Shown here in pieces: positions 44,286 through 54,757 of a stretch of DNA of 64,000 nt. This DNA comes from an uncultured Chloroflexia bacterium (GTDB taxonomy: Bacteria; Chloroflexota; Dehalococcoidia; DSTF01; JALHUB01), in assembly GCA_963726245.1 (NCBI GenBank), contig CAVSBT010000043.1:1-64000 (forward strand), read 5' to 3'. A program made the position numbers and the translations under genes. How positions within the stretch are numbered: position 1 is the first letter of the stretch; every line of letters starts with the position of its first letter. The notes under the pieces were generated by a model. It was not told the DNA's origin, ran no database searches, and saw nothing but the letters and a program-made list of their open reading frames with translations.

Positions 44286-44297
44286 TGGGAGGTTCTC

Positions 44298-45701
<1,404 letters not shown>

Positions 45702-45704
45702 ACG

Positions 45705-46172
45705 ATGCCCAAGCTAGAGATAGACATCGTAACGGCCGAACGGGTCGTCTACTCCGAAAAGGAGGTGGACGAGATCATCGCCCCCGGCGTCGAGGGCGAG
45801 TTCGCCGTCCTCCCTCGCCACGCTGCCTTCCTGACCATGCTCGTCCCCGGCGTCGTCGTCATCAAGAAGTCGGGCGAGGAGGTCGAGATGGCCATCTCCG
45901 GCGGCTTCGTTGAGGTGAGGGACAACCGCGTGGTGGTCCTGGCCGACACCGCCGAGCGCGCCGAGGAGGTCGACGCGGAGCGGGCGGAGCGCGCCCGCCG
46001 CCAGGCCTCGGAGCGGCTGGCGGCCCGTGGTACGGATGTCGACCTGGCGCGGGCCGCCATGGAGCGCGCCCTGGCCCGCCTGAAGGTGGTCGAGCGCCGG
46101 CGTCGACGCCCCGGCGGGGCGCCGCGCCCCGGTGCGCCGCGTCCCGGTCCCGGCCAGCCCGCCGGAGGCTAG
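45705..46172 (+). CDS. atpC: ATP synthase F1 epsilon
   Basis: IVTAER, GEFAVLPRHA, SGGFVEV. Confidence 0.95.
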   Translation: MPKLEIDIVTAERVVYSEKEVDEIIAPGVEGEFAVLPRHAAFLTMLVPGVVVIKKSGEEVEMAISGGFVEVRDNRVVVLADTAERAEEVDAERAERARRQASERLAARGTDVDLARAAMERALARLKVVERRRRRPGGAPRPGAPRPGPGQPAGG

Positions 46173-46301
46173 CGTCTCCTTTCGGTGCCGGCGCTTCGAG
46201 GAAGCGCCGGCCGTATTCGAAATCCGCGGCGCTACTCCTGACGCCTTGCGTGGCGACTCGCCCCCCTGTATCCTCCACGTGACAATAACTAAGGTCGTGA
46301 C

Positions 46302-47558
46302 GTGACGAGCGAGCGCTTTCGCATCGAGGGCGGCCACCGGCTGAATGGCGCCGTGCGGGTCAGCGGTAACAAGAACGCCGCTGTCCACACGCTGGCCGCT
46401 ACCCTCCTGACGAGCGACGACTGCTACCTGGAGAACGTGCCCGATATCGGCGATGTGCGCCACATGCTGGACATAATGCAGGCGCTGGGCACGAAGGTGG
46501 AGCGCGTCTCGTCGGGGGCCCTGCGCGTTAACTCCGGCCAACTTCAGACCTTTGCTGCCCCGAGCGAGCTGGCTACCAGCCTGCGAGCCAGCTTCCTGGT
46601 TATGGGGCCGCTCCTGGCCCGTTTTGGAGAAGCGGCCTGCTGTCCGCCCGGCGGCGACATCATTGGGCTGCGGCCCCTGGACGTGCACCTCTCGGGGTTC
46701 GCTATGCTGGGCGCCGACGTGCGCCGTGAGGGCGACAAGTTCGTGGCTGTCGCCCGGCGTCTGCGTGGGGCGCGTGTCTTCTTGGACTACCCCAGCGTCC
46801 TCGGCACGCAGAACCTGGTGATGGCGGCCACGCTCGCCGAGGGCGCCACCACTATCGTCAATGCCGCCGCGGAACCGGAGGTGGCCAGCCTGGCCGAGAT
46901 GTTGAACGCGATGGGCGCCCGCATCTGCGGCGCGGGCAGCCACACAATCACGATAGAGGGCGTGCAGGGGCTGCACGGGACGAGCCATCGCGTCATCCCG
47001 GATCGCATCGAGGCCGGCACCTTCGCCATAGCCGCCGCCATCACCAAGGGCGAGGTCGAGATAGTGGATGGCCTGGCGTCACACCTGGATGCTCTCATCT
47101 GGAAGCTGCGCGAGTCCGGTGTTGAGGTGGAAGAGACGGAGGCCGGGCTCAGGGTGCGGCGCAGCGGGCCCCTGCACGCCGTCAATGTTCAGGCGGTCCC
47201 TTACCCGGGGCTGGCCACCGATCTGCAGGCCCCCATGTCGGTCCTCCTCACGCAGGCTCAGGGAGTCAGCTTCATCTATGAGCGCGTCTTCGACAACCGC
47301 TTGCTATATGTGGGTGAGCTGCGCAAGATGGGTGCCGAGGTGGTTAGTTCCGGCACCACCGCTATCGTCAACGGCCCCACGCCTCTCACCGGCGTTGGTG
47401 TGCGTGCCCTGGACATACGGGCCGGAGCCGCCCTCGTTCTCGCCGGGTTGGCAGCGCAGGGTTGGACGGAGATCTCGGACATCTACCACCTGGACCGAGG
47501 CTACGAGGCCCTGGATCAAAAGCTACGGTCCCTGGGGGCCGTCATAGAGCGCGTCTAG
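46302..47558 (+). CDS. murA: UDP-N-acetylglucosamine 1-carboxyvinyltransferase
   Basis: [43 protein letters not shown]. Confidence 0.96.
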   Translation: MTSERFRIEGGHRLNGAVRVSGNKNAAVHTLAATLLTSDDCYLENVPDIGDVRHMLDIMQALGTKVERVSSGALRVNSGQLQTFAAPSELATSLRASFLVMGPLLARFGEAACCPPGGDIIGLRPLDVHLSGFAMLGADVRREGDKFVAVARRLRGARVFLDYPSVLGTQNLVMAATLAEGATTIVNAAAEPEVASLAEMLNAMGARICGAGSHTITIEGVQGLHGTSHRVIPDRIEAGTFAIAAAITKGEVEIVDGLASHLDALIWKLRESGVEVEETEAGLRVRRSGPLHAVNVQAVPYPGLATDLQAPMSVLLTQAQGVSFIYERVFDNRLLYVGELRKMGAEVVSSGTTAIVNGPTPLTGVGVRALDIRAGAALVLAGLAAQGWTEISDIYHLDRGYEALDQKLRSLGAVIERV

Positions 47559-47601
47559 CAGGGTCGGGGCCGGAGAAGGGTCTGGTCCATTGGGAGGGAA
47601 C

Positions 47602-48634
47602 ATGTTCGCAAAGAGGCTGGGCGTCGACCTGGGAACAGCCAACGTGCTCGTATACGTCAAAGGGCGGGGCATCGTGATCAGCGAGCCGGCCGTGGTGGCC
47701 CTGGCTGTTCGTGACAACACGGTGGTGGCGGTGGGTGAAGAGGCCCGCAGCATGATCGGCCGGACGCCGAGCAGCATCTCCGTCATCAGGCCCATGCGCG
47801 ACGGCGTCATAGCCGACTACCTGATCACCGAGGCTATGCTGCGCTACTTCATCAGCAAGACAGTTGGGCGCTTCAACCTCATCAAGCCGGAGGTCATGAT
47901 CTGCATCCCGGCCGGTGTCACCAGCGTCGAGCAGCGGGCGGTCCGGGACGCGGCAGAGCAGGCGGGGGCGCGGCGGCCGGCCCACCTCATACCGGAGCCG
48001 CTGGCCGCTGCCATCGGCGCGCGCATACCCGTGGGTTCGCCCAGCGGCAACATGATCATCGATATCGGCGGCGGCCGCACCGAAGCCGCCGTCATCTCCA
48101 TGTACGGCATCGTGGTCAGCGAGTCGGTGAGAGTGGCCGGCGACCGAATGGACGATGCCATCACCGCCCACATCAAGCGCCGCCACAACCTCATCATCGG
48201 CGACCGCACAGCCGAGGAGGTGAAGATGACCATCGGCAGCGCCCTGCCCCTGGAGGAGGAGCTGACGATGGAGGTTCGCGGCCGCGACCAGATTCTCAGG
48301 CCTGCCGAAGACGGTGGTGGTCTCCTCTCAGGAGGTGACGCAGGCGGTGCAGGACTGTCTCGCCAGCATCGTCCAGACGGCGCGCTCTGTCCTTGAGCGC
48401 ACTCCTCCCGAGCTGGCCTCAGACGTTATCGACCGGGGTATCGTGCTCACTGGGGGCGGCTCGCTGCTGCGGCACCTGGACCTGCTTCTCACTCAGGAGA
48501 CGGGAGTGCCTTGTCAGGCGGCGGAGAACCCGATGGACTGCGTGGCCATAGGCGCCGGCGCCGCCTTGGAGCACCTGGAGGTGATCAAGCGCAGCCTTCC
48601 GACTGAGGAGGAGTCCCTGGTCGCCAGCTACTAG
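47602..48634 (+). CDS. mreB: rod shape-determining actin MreB/Mbl (frameshift near 48295)
   Basis: [34 protein letters not shown]. Confidence 0.95.
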
Positions 48635-48698
48635 GCGAGCAGGAAGAGGAAGGCCGGGGTTTAGCCGGGACTTCATCCATCACGAACGGCCGCCCCCT

Positions 48699-49337
48699 TT
48701 ACGTGGCCCGCTTCTTTTGGTCCTTCAGGTAGAAGGTCATGCTCTGAAGCGCCAGTACCGGGTCGATGTAGCGCATCCGGATGTCGCCGCGCGCCCGCGC
48801 CGCGATGGGCGCGTAGTTGAGGACGGCCTTCGTGCCGCTGGAGACGAGCGTATCGATGACTTCTTGTGCCGCGGTCGCAGGCACGGCGACGATGCCGATG
48901 TCGATCGGCGAGCGCCGGAGGAACTCCGGCAGGTCCTTCACGTCGCGGACCACGACCTGGCCTACGCGCTGCCCCACGATCTCCGGGCTGGCGTCGAACG
49001 CCTCCACAATGTAGAAACCTTCTGGAGCAAAGCCGCCGTAAGTGAGTATGGCCCGTCCCAGGTTTCCGACGCCTATGAGCGCCACTGTCCACTGCTGTTC
49101 CAGTCCCAGGATCTGCCGCAACTCGCTGAGGAGCCGGTGCACGTTGTAACCGCGTCCCTGCTTGCCGAAGCGGCCAAAGTAGCTCAGGTCCTTCCGGATC
49201 TGGGCGGGCGTAACCCCCAACTGCTCCCCTAGCTCGTAAGAGCTGACCACCTCGCAGCCGTCCCGTTCCAGCAGCTTCAAGGCGCGTGCGTAGACGGGAA
49301 GCCTGTCGATGACGACCTCCGGGATGTCGATAGGCAT
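48699..49337 (-). CDS. rex: redox-sensing transcriptional repressor Rex
   Basis: RLPVY, QIRKDLSYFG.FG..GRGY, GVGNLG, LNYAP. Confidence 0.95.
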   Translation of the reverse strand: MPIDIPEVVIDRLPVYARALKLLERDGCEVVSSYELGEQLGVTPAQIRKDLSYFGRFGKQGRGYNVHRLLSELRQILGLEQQWTVALIGVGNLGRAILTYGGFAPEGFYIVEAFDASPEIVGQRVGQVVVRDVKDLPEFLRRSPIDIGIVAVPATAAQEVIDTLVSSGTKAVLNYAPIAARARGDIRMRYIDPVLALQSMTFYLKDQKKRAT

Positions 49338-49399
49338 TGGGCCCCTCCTAGACACTATCCTCGGTGGTCCTCCGGGGTCCCGGGAATCCCCCGGTTGGA

Positions 49400-49417
49400 T
49401 TGCGCATTTCGGCACAA
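49400..49417. promoter_or_regulatory. candidate Rex operator (autoregulation)
   Basis: TTGCGCATTTCGGCACAA resembles TTGTG-N8-CACAA, about 60 nt upstream of rex. Confidence 0.5.
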
Positions 49418-49513
49418 TGCTATTCGCTTTGGCGGCCCGCGTCAACAATGGGAAGGAACACCGCCATGCCGGTCGAAGGGTTGCAGGCGCGCCTCAAGAA
49501 GTAGGAGGCGGGC

Positions 49514-50578
49514 TCAGTTCCAGATACCCGGGATGACCGCCGAGCAAGACGGGCAGCGGCCGCCGGGCTCCAACCTGTACTGGGCGATGTGGTAGCCGTA
49601 GCGCTCCACCAGGAGCGTTCCGCAGTGCGGGCAGTACGTGCTCTCGTAAGGGCCGACGCGCCCTGGCAGGTTGCCGACGTAGACGAAGCGCAGACCCTCC
49701 TCGCGGCCGATGGCTGCTGCCCGCAGCAGGGCGGCCGGCGACGTGTTGGCGGCGTCGGTCATCTTGTAGTCCCGGTGGAAGGCGGTAACGTGCCACGGGA
49801 TGTCCGGCGACACCGAGGCCAGAAAGCGCGCCGCCTCCCGCAGCTCACCTTCCGAGTCGTTCCAGCCAGGGACCACCAGGGTCACGATCTCGGTCCAGAA
49901 CCCCATCTCCCAGACCATCCTGATCGTCTCCAGGACGTGCTGCAGCCGTCCCCCCAGTTGCCGGTAGTTCTTCGCCGACATGGACTTGAGGTCGATCTTG
50001 TAGCAATCGAGCCACGGGCGCAGGTACTCCAGGACCTCGCGGGTGGCGTTGCCGTTGGAGACGAAGAGGGTGCGGAACCCCTCGAGGCGGGCGAGGCGGA
50101 AGATCTCCACCGCCCACTCGGCGGTGATGAGGGGCTCGTTATAGGAGCTGCCGATGAGCTGGGTGCCCTGGCGCCGGGCCACGGCCACCGTCTCCTCGGC
50201 GCTGATGCGCATCGCGCCCGTCCCTGCCGCCGGGTCGCGCAGAACCTGGGAGCTGAGCCAGTTCTGGCAGTAGGGGCAGTGGAAGTCGCAGCCCAGCATG
50301 CCGAAGGTCAGCGTCTGCGACCCGGGCAGCACATGGAAGAAGGGCTTCTTCTCGGTTGGGTCGCAGTTCAGGGCGGCCACATAGCCCGCCGGCACCCGGA
50401 GGACGCCGCCCTGATTGAAGCGCACTTTGCAGATGCCGCGCAGCCCCTCCGGGATCAGGCAGCGGTGTCCGCAGGCATAGCAGCGCACGCGGCCGCCCTC
50501 CAGCTTCTCGTAGAGGACACCCTCGCTCGTGCTAGAATCCAGGACATCGGCTAGAGATGTTGGGGTCTCGGAGGACAT
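49514..50578 (-). CDS. amrS: AmmeMemoRadiSam system radical SAM enzyme
   Basis: CYACGHRC..GICKVR, DPTEKKPFFH, GCDFHCPYCQN, PWHVTAFH, CPHC..CPSC. Confidence 0.92.
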   Translation of the reverse strand: MSSETPTSLADVLDSSTSEGVLYEKLEGGRVRCYACGHRCLIPEGLRGICKVRFNQGGVLRVPAGYVAALNCDPTEKKPFFHVLPGSQTLTFGMLGCDFHCPYCQNWLSSQVLRDPAAGTGAMRISAEETVAVARRQGTQLIGSSYNEPLITAEWAVEIFRLARLEGFRTLFVSNGNATREVLEYLRPWLDCYKIDLKSMSAKNYRQLGGRLQHVLETIRMVWEMGFWTEIVTLVVPGWNDSEGELREAARFLASVSPDIPWHVTAFHRDYKMTDAANTSPAALLRAAAIGREEGLRFVYVGNLPGRVGPYESTYCPHCGTLLVERYGYHIAQYRLEPGGRCPSCSAVIPGIWN

Positions 50579-50637
50579 GATTCTTCCGTCCCTCTGCTCT
50601 ATATTATAGCCATGTTGTCCAAGCGAGGGGACAGGGC

Positions 50638-51114
50638 GTGAGAGGCGTTCTCGTCATCGCGGTCCTGACGGCGGCTGTCCTCTTCGGCGCCGCCTGTGGT
50701 GGGTCCTCGAAAGACGCCGTCGCCACCCGCGAGCCGGGACTCGCCTTGGTACGCATCGGGGCGCTGGTGGTGCAGGCCGACGCGCCGGCGACGGGGAGCG
50801 ACGCCTTCTACCGCGGTCTGGGAGGCCACGGGTTGCTGCCCGACGACCGCGGCATGCTCTTCGTCTTCCCGGAGCCCGGCCATCACGGGTTCTGGATGAA
50901 GGACATGCTCATCTCTATCGACCTCATCTGGATCTCAGCCGGGGGCCGCGTCGTGGACATCCAGACCGCCCAACCCGAGCCGGGTGTCGCCGACCCACAG
51001 TTGAAGCGTTACAATCCCAGCGGCGAGGCGACGTACGTCCTGGAGGTGCGGGCCGGGCTGGCCGCCGACAAAGGCGTGCGGACGGGCGATGAGGCGCAGA
51101 TAGAGCTGCCCTGA
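50638..51114 (+). CDS. DUF192 lipoprotein
   Basis: GAAC lipobox; GMLFVF..FWMKDM..YVLEV.AG. Confidence 0.9.
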   Translation: MRGVLVIAVLTAAVLFGAACGGSSKDAVATREPGLALVRIGALVVQADAPATGSDAFYRGLGGHGLLPDDRGMLFVFPEPGHHGFWMKDMLISIDLIWISAGGRVVDIQTAQPEPGVADPQLKRYNPSGEATYVLEVRAGLAADKGVRTGDEAQIELP

Positions 51115-51189
51115 TCGCAGGTCGTCTAAGGTGCGGTATAATTCAAGCGCAGGGCCCCTCTGGGGGCCGTGCTCGGCGAGAGAAGGTCC

Positions 51190-52209
51190 ATGGTACGCTC
51201 CAGGGAGGCCCCCTCTCGAGCCAGAGGCGTCGGTGAACCGCTGGGGCTGAGCGATGACCAGCTCCGCGACATCTACTACAAGATGCTGGTCGCCCGAATC
51301 CTGGGCGACCGCATGTTTATCCTGAACCGCCAGGGCCGCGCCACCTTCGCCATCACCGGCCAGGGCCACGAGGCCTGCCAGGTGGGCAGCGCTTTCGCCC
51401 TCCGGGCCGGCCGCGACTGGGTTCTCCCCTATTACCGTGACATGGGCGTCGTGCTCGCCCTGGGGATGACCAGCCGCGAGATCATGCTCCACTTCCTGGC
51501 GCGGGCCGCCGACCCCTGTAGCGGCGGTCGCCAGATGCCCAACCACTGGGGCTATCCTTCCTTGCGCATCGTCACCGGCTCCAGCGTCGTCGCCACCCAG
51601 ATCCCTCACGCTGTCGGGGTCGCGCTCGCCAGCAAGCTACGGGGCGAGGATGACGTCACCATCGTCTACTTCGGCGAGGGTGCCACGAGCCAGGGGGACT
51701 TCCACGAAGGCCTCAACTTCGCCTCCGTCCACCGGCTGCCGGTCGTCTTCTTCTGCGAGAACAATGGCTATGCCATCTCCGAGCCGCAGTGGAAGGAGAT
51801 GTCGGTCCCCAACGTGTCCGACCGGGCCCGCGGCTACGGCTTTCGCGGCTCCACCGTCGATGGCAACGACGTGCCGGCCGTCTACCAGACGACTCGCTGG
51901 GCGGTGGACGAGTGCCGTCATGGCCGCGGCCCGAAGCTTGTCGAGGCCAAGACCTATCGCCTGGTGCCCCACTCCAGCTCCGACGACGATCGCCGCTACC
52001 GAAGCCGCGCCGAGCTGGAGGAGTGGGCGAAGAACGACCCCCTGGACCGCTATCGCAAGTACCTGGAGGAGCACGGCCTTGTGGACGAAGAGAGCGCCCA
52101 GGCCTTGCGCGCCCGAGCCGAGGCCGAGGTCCAGGACGCCGTGGATTACGCCGAGAGCCAGCCCTTCCCGGAAGCCGAGGAGGCGCTGACCCACGTCTTC
52201 CACGAGTAG
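51190..52209 (+). CDS. 2-oxoacid dehydrogenase E1 alpha (branched-chain type)
   Basis: GQGHEACQ, PYYRD, GGRQMPNH, FGEGATSQGDFHE..NN, HSSSDDD. Confidence 0.92.
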   Translation: MVRSREAPSRARGVGEPLGLSDDQLRDIYYKMLVARILGDRMFILNRQGRATFAITGQGHEACQVGSAFALRAGRDWVLPYYRDMGVVLALGMTSREIMLHFLARAADPCSGGRQMPNHWGYPSLRIVTGSSVVATQIPHAVGVALASKLRGEDDVTIVYFGEGATSQGDFHEGLNFASVHRLPVVFFCENNGYAISEPQWKEMSVPNVSDRARGYGFRGSTVDGNDVPAVYQTTRWAVDECRHGRGPKLVEAKTYRLVPHSSSDDDRRYRSRAELEEWAKNDPLDRYRKYLEEHGLVDEESAQALRARAEAEVQDAVDYAESQPFPEAEEALTHVFHE

Positions 52210-52246
52210 GGCATAGTGCGGAGAACAGAGGGAATGGAAAGCGAGC

Positions 52247-53230
52247 ATGGCAGTTAAGCAGTACATCGAGGCCATCCGCGACGCGCTCGACGAGGAGATG
52301 GCTGCCGACCCCAGGGTCATGGTCCTGGGCGAGGACGTGGAGGAGGGAGGCGTCTTTCGCGCCACTGAAGGTCTGCTGGAGAAGTACGGCCCCGGGCGCG
52401 TCCTCGACACGCCCCTTGCCGAGTCCTGCATCGTGGGCGTGGCCATCGGCGCCGCCTTCAACGGCATGCGCCCCGTGGCCGAGATCCAGTTCGCCGACTT
52501 CATCCATCCGGCCATGAACCAGATCATCAGTGAGGCCGCCCGCATTCGCTATCGCTCGAACGGCGCCTTCGGCTGCCCGATCGTCGTGCGGGCGCCCTTC
52601 GGCGGCGGCATCCATGGCGCCCTCCATCATTCTCAGTCGGTGGAGGCGCTCTTCTTCCACGTGCCCGGCCTCAAGATCGTCGTCCCTTCGACCCCCGCCG
52701 ACGCCAAGGGCCTGCTGCGGGCCGCTATCCGCGATGACGACCCTGTCCTCTACTTCGAGCACAAGCGCGCCTACCGCCTTTTGAAGGATGAGGTGCCCGA
52801 AGGCGACTATGAGGTGCCCATCGGCCGCGCCCAGGTGCGCCGGGAGGGTGACGACGTCACCGTCTTCACCTACGGCTTGATGGTGCAGGAGACGCTGGAC
52901 GCAGCCCGGCGTGTGAGCGAGGAGGACGGCATCGAGGCCTGCGTGGTGGACCTGCGTAGCCTCTCGCCCCTGGACCGGGACGCCGTCCTCGAGGGGGCCC
53001 GTCGCACGGGGAAGGTGCTTATTGTGCACGAGGACAACCTCACAGGCGGCGTCGGCGCTGAAGTGGCGGCCATCATCGCCCAGGATGCCTTCGAGAGCCT
53101 GGACGGCCCTATCATGCGCCTGGCCGCCCCCGACGTGCCCTCCTTCCCGTACGCAGCGCCCCTGGAGGAGTTCTGCCTCCCCAACGCGGAGAAGATCGGC
53201 GCCGCCATCCGGCGACTGGCCGTCTACTAG
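52247..53230 (+). CDS. 2-oxoacid dehydrogenase E1 beta
   Basis: GEDV..GGVFRAT, DTPLAE, EIQFADF, GALHHSQS. Confidence 0.93.
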   Translation: MAVKQYIEAIRDALDEEMAADPRVMVLGEDVEEGGVFRATEGLLEKYGPGRVLDTPLAESCIVGVAIGAAFNGMRPVAEIQFADFIHPAMNQIISEAARIRYRSNGAFGCPIVVRAPFGGGIHGALHHSQSVEALFFHVPGLKIVVPSTPADAKGLLRAAIRDDDPVLYFEHKRAYRLLKDEVPEGDYEVPIGRAQVRREGDDVTVFTYGLMVQETLDAARRVSEEDGIEACVVDLRSLSPLDRDAVLEGARRTGKVLIVHEDNLTGGVGAEVAAIIAQDAFESLDGPIMRLAAPDVPSFPYAAPLEEFCLPNAEKIGAAIRRLAVY

Positions 53231-53239
53231 GGGGTCGCC

Positions 53240-54496
53240 TTGGCTCGAACGTCCGGCGAAGCCCGCGTCGAGGCCCTGGTAATGCCGATGGTGGGCGAAA
53301 GCGTCACGGAAGGCACCGTCGTCCGCTGGCTCAAGGCCGAGGGCGACCGCATCGCCCGCGACGAGCCCCTGGTGGAGGTCGAAACGGAGAAGGTGGACGT
53401 GGAGATACCCTCGCCCTGGGCGGGCGTCCTTCAGCGCGTGGTGGCGCGGGAGGGCGACACCGTGCCCGTAGGCGAGCCGCTGGCCTACATAGAGGTGGAG
53501 GTCGCTGTAGGCACGCCACAGGCTGCAGACAGCCGCGTAGGGGCGCAGCATGCTGCGCCCCTACATGAGGCGGTCACCCCAGCGGGCGGGCGCCCCGCCG
53601 GTCGCTATTCGCCCGCCGTGCTGGCTCTGGCCCGCGAGCACGGGATAGACCTGTCGCAGGTGAAGGGTACCGGCATCGAGGGCCGCATCACCCGCAAGGA
53701 CGTGCTGGCCTACGTGGCCGCCGCGCCGCCCTCTCGGGCCGGTGCCCCTCGTCCGGCGGCCTCCGGCGCCCCGGTGGGCGCGCGCCCCGGCGAGGTGCTG
53801 CCCCTGACGCCTACCCGGCGCACCATCGCGGAGCGCATGTCGCGCAGCGCCCAGACGGTGCCCCACGCCTGGATGGCCGTCGAGGCGGACGTCACGCCCC
53901 TGGCTCGCTGGCGACAGCAGATCAAGGAGGACTTCCGTCAGCGAGAGGGCGCTGACCTGACCTTCCTGGTGTTCGCTGTCAACGCCGTCGTGGGGGCGCT
54001 GAAGGAGTACCCCATCCTCAACTCCGCCTGGAGCGACGGTGGCATCGTCCTCAAGCCGGAGATCAACGTTGGCGTGGCTGTGGCCACCGCGGAAGGACTC
54101 ATCGTGCCCGTCATCCACGGCGCCGATGGGCTGAGCATCGCCGCCCTGGCGAAGAAGCTCTCCGACCTGGGGGAGCGGGCGCGCGCCCGCAAGCTCGCTA
54201 TCGAGGACGTCCAGGGCGGGACCTTCACCGTCGACAACACTGGCGCCTTCGGCTCCATCATGAGCGTGCCCATCATCAACCACCCTCAGGCGGCGATCCT
54301 CACCCTCGAGGCCGTTGTGCCACGTCCCGTCGCCATCGACGACGCCCCCGACGGGCAGGCTATCGCTATCCGGAACCTGGTCAACCTGTGCATATCGTTC
54401 GACCATCGTATACTGGACGGGGCGCAGGCCGGGGCGTTCATGGCCTCGGTGAAGTTGAAGATGGAGGCCTTCGGGCCGGGCACCGAACTGTACTAG
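53240..54496 (+). CDS. dihydrolipoamide acyltransferase E2
   Basis: Lipoyl domain EVETEKV, GTGIEGRITRKDV, FDHRILDG. Confidence 0.93.
   Translation: MARTSGEARVEALVMPMVGESVTEGTVVRWLKAEGDRIARDEPLVEVETEKVDVEIPSPWAGVLQRVVAREGDTVPVGEPLAYIEVEVAVGTPQAADSRVGAQHAAPLHEAVTPAGGRPAGRYSPAVLALAREHGIDLSQVKGTGIEGRITRKDVLAYVAAAPPSRAGAPRPAASGAPVGARPGEVLPLTPTRRTIAERMSRSAQTVPHAWMAVEADVTPLARWRQQIKEDFRQREGADLTFLVFAVNAVVGALKEYPILNSAWSDGGIVLKPEINVGVAVATAEGLIVPVIHGADGLSIAALAKKLSDLGERARARKLAIEDVQGGTFTVDNTGAFGSIMSVPIINHPQAAILTLEAVVPRPVAIDDAPDGQAIAIRNLVNLCISFDHRILDGAQAGAFMASVKLKMEAFGPGTELY
53537..53564. repeat. 28-bp perfect GTAG-type palindrome inside the E2 linker
   Basis: GTAGGGGCGCAGCATGCTGCGCCCCTAC, encoding VGAQHAAPL. 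Confidence 0.85.
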
Positions 54497-54506
54497 GGAG
54501 ACAGAG

Positions 54507-54746
54507 CTGAAGGCAGAACCACCCACCGGGTACGACCTTCTCTACACTCCAGGCATTGCCATCGATGGCTGGCCGCGAGACTATGTGTGGCAGGCCGCCG
54601 CCGCTCGCCTGGCGGTGGCGTCCATCCCGGGGCTGTTCGTGGGTGCTTTCCTCGGCTCTTTCTCCATGGTCGTCATCGGGATCGCGATCATCGTGGGAGT
54701 CATGCTGATGCTCTTTGCGCTGGATGCGGCGGCCCGTCCGCCGTAG
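54507..54746 (+). CDS. small 2-TM membrane protein, probable CTG start (absent from the ORF track)
   Basis: GGGAG RBS 6 nt before CTG; 79 codons, ..[54 protein letters not shown]; fills the E2-mutase gap. Confidence 0.6.
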   Translation: MKAEPPTGYDLLYTPGIAIDGWPRDYVWQAAAARLAVASIPGLFVGAFLGSFSMVVIGIAIIVGVMLMLFALDAAARPP

Positions 54747-54757
54747 GGGTGATAAAC

